Source: a virus. Taken from it: a stretch of DNA of 64,000 nt. Positions within the stretch are counted from its first letter, which is position 1; every line of letters starts with the position of its first letter. The stretch is taken from positions 9,513-73,512 of the IMG/VR virus record IMGVR_UViG_3300049927_000163; one strand, written 5' to 3'. Below the pieces are notes generated by a model. The model worked only from the letters and a program-made list of their open reading frames with translations. It was not told the origin of the DNA and did not search any database. Positions 58,670 to 64,000 of this stretch are shown in pieces. A program made the translations under genes and the position numbers.

Positions 58670-59638
58670 TTAGAACTTCTCCCACTTGAAATCGTCTTTG
58701 ACTGCGTCTCCTCTGGTTACGTTCTTACTTCCTCGCCTATGAGGTGCGATATTAGCCATCTGTTCTTTTTTCTGTAAATCATTAAATTTGATCTTGTCTT
58801 CTCTCACACGCAGAGCTACCCACTTAGTGATCCTGAAGTAATCGCTCTTGTGTTTGTTCACCTGGGATGGTGTAGCGGATTTCTTCCAGTCACTGAGATA
58901 CTCGTAGCATTCCTGTGTCACATCAGCGCCAAACTTCTCAACGAGCTTCTGGTGTTCAGTAACGGACACTGAGACATTCTCTGCCATATCAGGCCAATCA
59001 TCAAAGCGTGGGGATTCAGGTTTTGGAATAATTCGCCTTGGCTTGTCCGGAATCTTTGGATTTGATGGAATTTCAGATCGATTTGGAGCGTGAGCGTTAG
59101 CTTGCGCATTAGGTGGTTTGACATGGTCCGTTTCGTCTCTAGAAAATGGCGCAATAGAACCTTTAGGTTCTTTGTCTATTCCATTTGTTCTATTATATAT
59201 AGGAGCGATAACTGCGTTTGGGAGGTTTCCATAACTGCGTTTGGGAGCTTTAGATAACTGCGTTTGGGAGGTATCGATAGTGTTTCTTTGATTTTCTATT
59301 ATGTCGTTGAATATCTGTATGTTAATCCTAAAATATCTTCGAGGAGGTAGATCAAAAACCTGCATTTCGATGACCCCTGATTCTTTTAAAATTCTTACTA
59401 CAGATCTCTGTTCTTTCTCGCCAATTCCTAGCATATCTTCGATGTCTTCGACCTTTTGATAGAACCAACCATCGCCATAAACTGGATGTGATGCGAAAGC
59501 ATTTTGCTCATCTGCATAGCAATGCATAGAGACTAGCTGGCTTAAGAAAAGGGCTGCAGAAGGACCGAACTGTTTAAGAATGAACTTGTTAACGCCGATG
59601 AAGTTTTTGTAGTTGATTAAATGTAGCGAGTTTGACAT
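58670..59638 (-). CDS. Replication initiator (lambda O-like architecture)
   Basis: N-terminal wHTH (GWFYQK.ED.E..LGI...EQ), central low-complexity region with iterons, C-terminal KHKSDY..I.KW domain. Upstream of the DnaC-like gene. Confidence 0.75.
   Translation of the reverse strand: MSNSLHLINYKNFIGVNKFILKQFGPSAALFLSQLVSMHCYADEQNAFASHPVYGDGWFYQKVEDIEDMLGIGEKEQRSVVRILKESGVIEMQVFDLPPRRYFRINIQIFNDIIENQRNTIDTSQTQLSKAPKRSYGNLPNAVIAPIYNRTNGIDKEPKGSIAPFSRDETDHVKPPNAQANAHAPNRSEIPSNPKIPDKPRRIIPKPESPRFDDWPDMAENVSVSVTEHQKLVEKFGADVTQECYEYLSDWKKSATPSQVNKHKSDYFRITKWVALRVREDKIKFNDLQKKEQMANIAPHRRGSKNVTRGDAVKDDFKWEKF
59208..59270 (+). repeat. Three 17-bp iterons, 23-bp period (putative replication origin)
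   Basis: ATAACTGCGTTTGGGAG at 59208, 59231 and 59254 inside the initiator gene, next to an AT-rich stretch. Confidence 0.8.
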
Positions 59639-59983
59639 AATTGTAAACGTCCCATATTGGTTTAATTGTTTTTTATTGCTTAAAGTACAGTTAGCTTATT
59701 TGAGGATTCCTTGTTTAGATCGTATAGGGCCAATTGACATAAGCCTTGTTATAAATAATTCGTTTCTGGTGCCATCTATCCTTGACCAAAAGTCTGGGTA
59801 GATGGTATTTTTATTTACGTCATTGTAGTTTTTGCAAACGTCATTTAGAACTAGGGGGATGAGCATAAGAGTCTCTCTAAGGTTTTCATTGTACCTCGGT
59901 GTGGCAACGCTAGGTTTTAAATGACATTTAGGCCAGTATGGGGTTGGCTCTCCGCTGGCCTATTTTTTCCCCACAATTTGGCG

Positions 59984-60214
59984 TTATAAACACGCTGCCT
60001 TTTTCTTGGCAAGATTTCTTTCTTCTTTCAGAGCTAAAATTTCATCTCTGCTCACTTCCCCTTGGCAAAAATCTATCAATTGATCTACATGAGTCTTAAG
60101 CGGACGTAGCTTACCAATTGCTACGAGAGCGAAAGAATTTCGATGTAGCTCAAGAGAAGAAGACGCATAGGTATAAGTCAAATGATTGCTGTGAGAATAA
60201 TCTTTAAGTTTCAT
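59984..60214 (-). CDS. Cro-like HTH regulator
   Basis: MKLKDY....G...P......I..F..GEVS pattern. Divergent from the recombination operon, as in unit A. Confidence 0.6.
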   Translation of the reverse strand: MKLKDYSHSNHLTYTYASSSLELHRNSFALVAIGKLRPLKTHVDQLIDFCQGEVSRDEILALKEERNLAKKKAACL

Positions 60215-60326
60215 ATATCACCTTGTTTTTTATGCAGCATAACATTACATAAATGAAAAATATATATCAAGTAATTTTTACGGTAAACAGAAAACATTGG
60301 TACGAAATATAAATCACATAAAAAGC

Positions 60327-60356
60327 TTGCGTAAATAATACAGCCTTTGCTATAAT
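60327..60356 (+). promoter_or_regulatory. Sigma70/sigma66-type promoter for the recombination operon
   Basis: TTGCGT-N18-TATAAT with an extended -10 TG. Confidence 0.5.
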
Positions 60357-60770
60357 GATGTCATACGAAGTAAGTCTCCCGTAAAGGTTTCGCACCTAGA
60401 GGTTGTAGCTGCTAAGTATGTATTGAGATGTAACCATAATGTAACCGTCTTTGCCAAGACAAAAAGGAGAGCCAAATGAATAATCCATGGGAAGAAGAAT
60501 TAGACCCAATAGAGGATATGTTTCAAGAGAAGATGTACTTCGCTAGAGAGACACTTAAAGATATCGTTTCTCAGCTATACGGTCAAAAAGAGTTAAATAT
60601 AGACGAGTTTGAGAGTGATCTTGAAGAGTTGTGCCACTCAATGAAAGTTACACTGCCTTCTAACAAGATTCAGATTGAGCGCTCTAAGTTGCCGGAGCCT
60701 GACTATCTCGTGAACTGGAAAGGATTCAATGAAAATTATCTAAAAAACATAGCCATCTAGGAGAGCCACT

Positions 60771-61604
60771 ATGTCAAACGAAGTAATGAAAACGGAAAGC
60801 AATCTCGTTGGAGCAATCAGCGAGCTTGAGAATCAGAAGAAGATGTGTGAGATGCTATTAAAGACTCCGCACTATGCAAAGTTGGGTGCTGAGGGAATTT
60901 ATGCAGTACTTGCCAAGGCCAAGTCATTAGACATCGATCCATTCGATGCCTTAAATGGCGCCTTGTATTTTGTTAAGGGCCGTGTTGGTATGTCAACTGA
61001 GGCAATGGCGGCTCGTGTTCGTTCAGCGGGTCATAGCATTACTAAAGATCCTAAGAGTACAAAGACTAACTGCATCTTGAATGGTAAGCGTGCAGATAAT
61101 GGTGACACTTGGATAACAGAGTTTAGTATTGATGATGCCAAGAAAGCTGGAATTTACAGCGATGGTGGACCATGGTATAAGTATCCTGATGTGATGTGCT
61201 ATAACCGTGCTATGTCTAAGATGTTTCGTCAAATGACACCTGATTTAAGCAAAGGTGCTGGTTACGATATGGATGAACTCAGAGAGATTGCTAGTAAGTC
61301 TAGCTATGAAGTTGAAGTTGTTCCTCAGCCAGTAGAATTGGTTGGAGAACAAGAAGTCTGTGATCTTGAGAATATCTTGAGTGAGTGTGACCCCGCTTAT
61401 GTAGTTCGAGTATGGACGGCTCTTAAGAAAAGTCCAGAAAAGATTGAAAGTCTTTCTCACTTGACTAAAGATCTGTATGAGCGGATCAAAGTAGGCGCGA
61501 TGAAAAATCGTGAAGAATTTCGTGCCTCTTCTCAGGATTGTGAAGAGATTGAAACGGAGTTTGATGAACTCGAAGAATCAGAATCCGAAACTATGGCGGT
61601 ATAA
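60771..61604 (+). CDS. recT: RecT/Redbeta-like annealing protein
   Basis: AKSL.IDPF.AL...LYFVKG, AKKAG......W.KYPDVM...RA.....R.. pattern. Paired with a YqaJ exonuclease. Confidence 0.7.
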   Translation: MSNEVMKTESNLVGAISELENQKKMCEMLLKTPHYAKLGAEGIYAVLAKAKSLDIDPFDALNGALYFVKGRVGMSTEAMAARVRSAGHSITKDPKSTKTNCILNGKRADNGDTWITEFSIDDAKKAGIYSDGGPWYKYPDVMCYNRAMSKMFRQMTPDLSKGAGYDMDELREIASKSSYEVEVVPQPVELVGEQEVCDLENILSECDPAYVVRVWTALKKSPEKIESLSHLTKDLYERIKVGAMKNREEFRASSQDCEEIETEFDELEESESETMAV

Positions 61605-61779
61605 GTGAAGTCTTCAGATTTTACACTTGCCATAGTGAAAGAGAAATGGGGCGAGTATTTAGAGATGTGCGGGGAAGATTCCGCACATCATCTTAACTCG
61701 ATCTTGGCAGGCGAGTTATCAAAAGCCATGACAAAAATAGAGTATCTTAATAAAAGATTAGAACGAATGGAGAGAAAAA

Positions 61780-62655
61780 ATGAGAGCACACACAATTCTT
61801 GAGTTAGAGCAAGGTTCCGCAGAATGGCATAAAGTTAGAAGTAGAAGTATTGGTGCTAGCGATGCGCCTGTAATTATGCATAAAAGCCCATGGTTGACGC
61901 CATATAAGTTATGGGAGCAGAAGTTAGGCTTGCGTAAACAAAATGAAATTAACGCAGCTATGGCGCGAGGTAATGCCATGGAACAAGAGGCTAGAGATTG
62001 TTTCACGTTCAAAACTAGGATTCCTGTTGCACCCAAGGTAATGAGACACCAAGAACATGAATGGATGATGGCTTCTTTAGATGGAATCGATCCCAGCTAT
62101 CAGACGCTCGTAGAAATTAAGTGTGCGAACAAAGACGATCATGCCCTGGCGAAGCAAGGAAAAGTACCCGAAAAGTACTACTACCAACTTCAACACCAAT
62201 TAGAAGTTACAGGGCTAGATCATATGTCCTATTTTTCTTATGACGGAACAGATGGAGTTATCGTCGAAGTTGGAAGAAACACCCGTGACATCAATGAAAT
62301 GCTAGGCGCTGAGAAGGTCTTCTATGATTACATGGTAGATATTTTGATGCCACCAATGACTGGTAATGATTACATTATCCAGGATAGCAAAGAATGGCGG
62401 AAATGTTCCGAAGAATTGCTGGTGGTTCAAGATGAATTGAATGCCTTAGATAGACGAGAGAAAGACCTGCGCATGAAACTGATAGAGATATCAGACGGAA
62501 ATAGCAGCATTGGTTCAGGAGTTAAGTTATTGAAAGTCATACGTAAAGGTAACATTCAGTACAATGAGGTACCTGAACTAAGGGGCGTAAATCTAGAAAA
62601 ATATCGCGCAGATCCGGTATCTTTCTGGAAAATTAGTAAAGACAAGGCATTGTAA
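61780..62655 (+). CDS. YqaJ-like viral recombinase exonuclease
   Basis: EQGS.EW...R...IGASDA, ASLDG, VEIKC, YYYQLQHQL.V. Confidence 0.9.
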   Translation: MRAHTILELEQGSAEWHKVRSRSIGASDAPVIMHKSPWLTPYKLWEQKLGLRKQNEINAAMARGNAMEQEARDCFTFKTRIPVAPKVMRHQEHEWMMASLDGIDPSYQTLVEIKCANKDDHALAKQGKVPEKYYYQLQHQLEVTGLDHMSYFSYDGTDGVIVEVGRNTRDINEMLGAEKVFYDYMVDILMPPMTGNDYIIQDSKEWRKCSEELLVVQDELNALDRREKDLRMKLIEISDGNSSIGSGVKLLKVIRKGNIQYNEVPELRGVNLEKYRADPVSFWKISKDKAL

Positions 62656-63583
62656 TGGATTCAAGAATCACAAAAATTATCCAAGAATCGATAGCTGTAA
62701 CGGCACATATGTTACTCGAAGGTATTGCAGATATGAGAAAGAAAGGATTTTCTGTAGAAGAAATTCTCGATGCTATTATTCTTAAATGTGATTCACTAAA
62801 ACGATCAAATGAAGATTTGTGCGATGAATTTAAATCGAAACATAAAACTAATGTCAGATTTTTGGAATAATGGAGGCGGGCAACCTTGAACAGGTTGCCC
62901 CCTGTCTTGGGGGAGTGTGTGTCCCAAGAAGCTACATGAAAAAATCATCATAAAATTAACGGATAAATTTAGGCAAGGAAAATGTCTAATATTATTGAAA
63001 TTAATTTAGCTAAGGCTCTCAAAACTAGAGGAGAGCATAGCTGAACAATTAAGCAAAAAAGAAAAAACCACGTAAGATTTTACCCTACATGGAATTTTGG
63101 AAAAAAAAGAGTGCTACAACTCAACTTTAGGTATAGCAATGGATGAGATTATTGACAATGAAATTTTCTGGAATAATATTGAAGAAAAGTTACCACCTCT
63201 AGGACTTTTACTTCGACTTAAAACTAATAAAGAAGATGAAGTAGAAGCAATTGGTTGCTTATATTCAGAAGAAACTATATGCTTTGACCATGAAGAAAAC
63301 GTTGAGCATCTTTGTCCAGCTTTTCGTTTCTTTAATGGAAAAATATCACATCCTAAATGGTGGGCATATGTCAGCGATTCAGCAGCTAGAAATGTTTCCT
63401 TTAACTCCAGAGGAGATAAACCAGAATGAAGTCACAGATATCAAGGTACAGCTCGTAAAACTCAGAAAAAGCCACTTTGCTGCGAAAACTGAGCTGTTGC
63501 AACTTATCGTGGAGATGCGCACTGAGATTGATTCCTTGAAAAAGATTTTCCAGAAATCTTAAGATCATTGCGCCCCTATTGGT

Positions 63584-63916
63584 TTACTTAGTTCCTTCTC
63601 CAGTGGCGAAGGCTACAATTTCTTTTACATCTTTGTAGGTTGGCTTTACTTCATTTTGATTTATTGCGCTTTTAAATAATAGATGTGAACAATATCCAGA
63701 TGAGAGAACATTGATTGTCAATGCTGTGAGATAAAGACCTGAATATGGTACATTTCCAATGAAAAAAGTCACGGCAACTTCATAGATCTGTTTTGCTAGA
63801 ATAGTACTAGCGCCAGCGCATGCAGTAGAACCTAGAAGTTTCGCTGATTTCAAGGCGATTAGTGGCAGGCTTGAGGGCATGTAGCTCTTAAGGCTTTCGA
63901 AGCATTTCATGGGCAC
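63584..63916 (-). CDS. Two-hydrophobic-segment membrane protein (allele B)
   Basis: Homolog of 26865..27269. Confidence 0.65.
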   Translation of the reverse strand: MPMKCFESLKSYMPSSLPLIALKSAKLLGSTACAGASTILAKQIYEVAVTFFIGNVPYSGLYLTALTINVLSSGYCSHLLFKSAINQNEVKPTYKDVKEIVAFATGEGTK

Positions 63917-64000
63917 CTATAGGGTTAAAATTTCATACCACACATTAATAATAACAGTATTGTTATTGGCAGCATTGCCGGAAATTTCTGTTGCAAAAGG
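63882..64000 (+). repeat. Exact direct repeat, copy 2; includes the 3' end of tail paralog 3
   Basis: Identical to 27235-27353. Confidence 0.9.

Larger units (their letters stand above)
27270..63916. mobile_element. Phage genome unit B (podovirus-like, apparently complete, 36,647 bp)
   Basis: Full second set of head, tail, replication and recombination genes. Sequence at 63882-64000 is identical to 27235-27353 (offset 36,647). Confidence 0.88.

Noticed and set aside
1-64000. A single phage with two capsid systems, or a helper-satellite pair
   Set aside because: Each unit has its own packaging, head, replication and recombination genes, and the exact repeat explains the join. It cannot be fully excluded without reads.
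1-64000. Alternative genetic code
   Set aside because: Core genes are full length under the standard code and use all three stop codons at sensible ends.

Overview
The window is entirely phage DNA. It holds two related but clearly different short-tailed (podovirus-like) dsDNA phage genomes, head to tail in the same orientation. Unit A spans about 1-27269 and is truncated at the left inside an ejection-protein gene. Unit B spans 27270-63916 and appears to be a complete 36,647-bp unit, because 63882-64000 repeats 27235-27353 exactly. Both units share a syntenic virion module: TerS/TerL, P22-like portal, scaffold, N4-gp56-type capsid, tail adaptor/nozzle, GNAT-like and ejection proteins. Their terminase, replication and recombination modules are non-orthologous. 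Several proteins point to an environmental Chlamydiae host, most strikingly a double-HTH protein resembling EUO, the chlamydial late-gene repressor, in the early operon of unit A. Other notable signals are a recombining DUF551-like cassette array shared in inverted orientation, an atypical tRNA(GUU), two tRNA-like elements next to an RNA ligase or phosphoesterase, a covarying pseudoknot motif at both scaffold genes, and start-codon-sequestering stems at both portal genes. No integrase, CI-type repressor, DNA polymerase or endolysin was recognised. All assignments come from motif reading and memory; no database searches were run.
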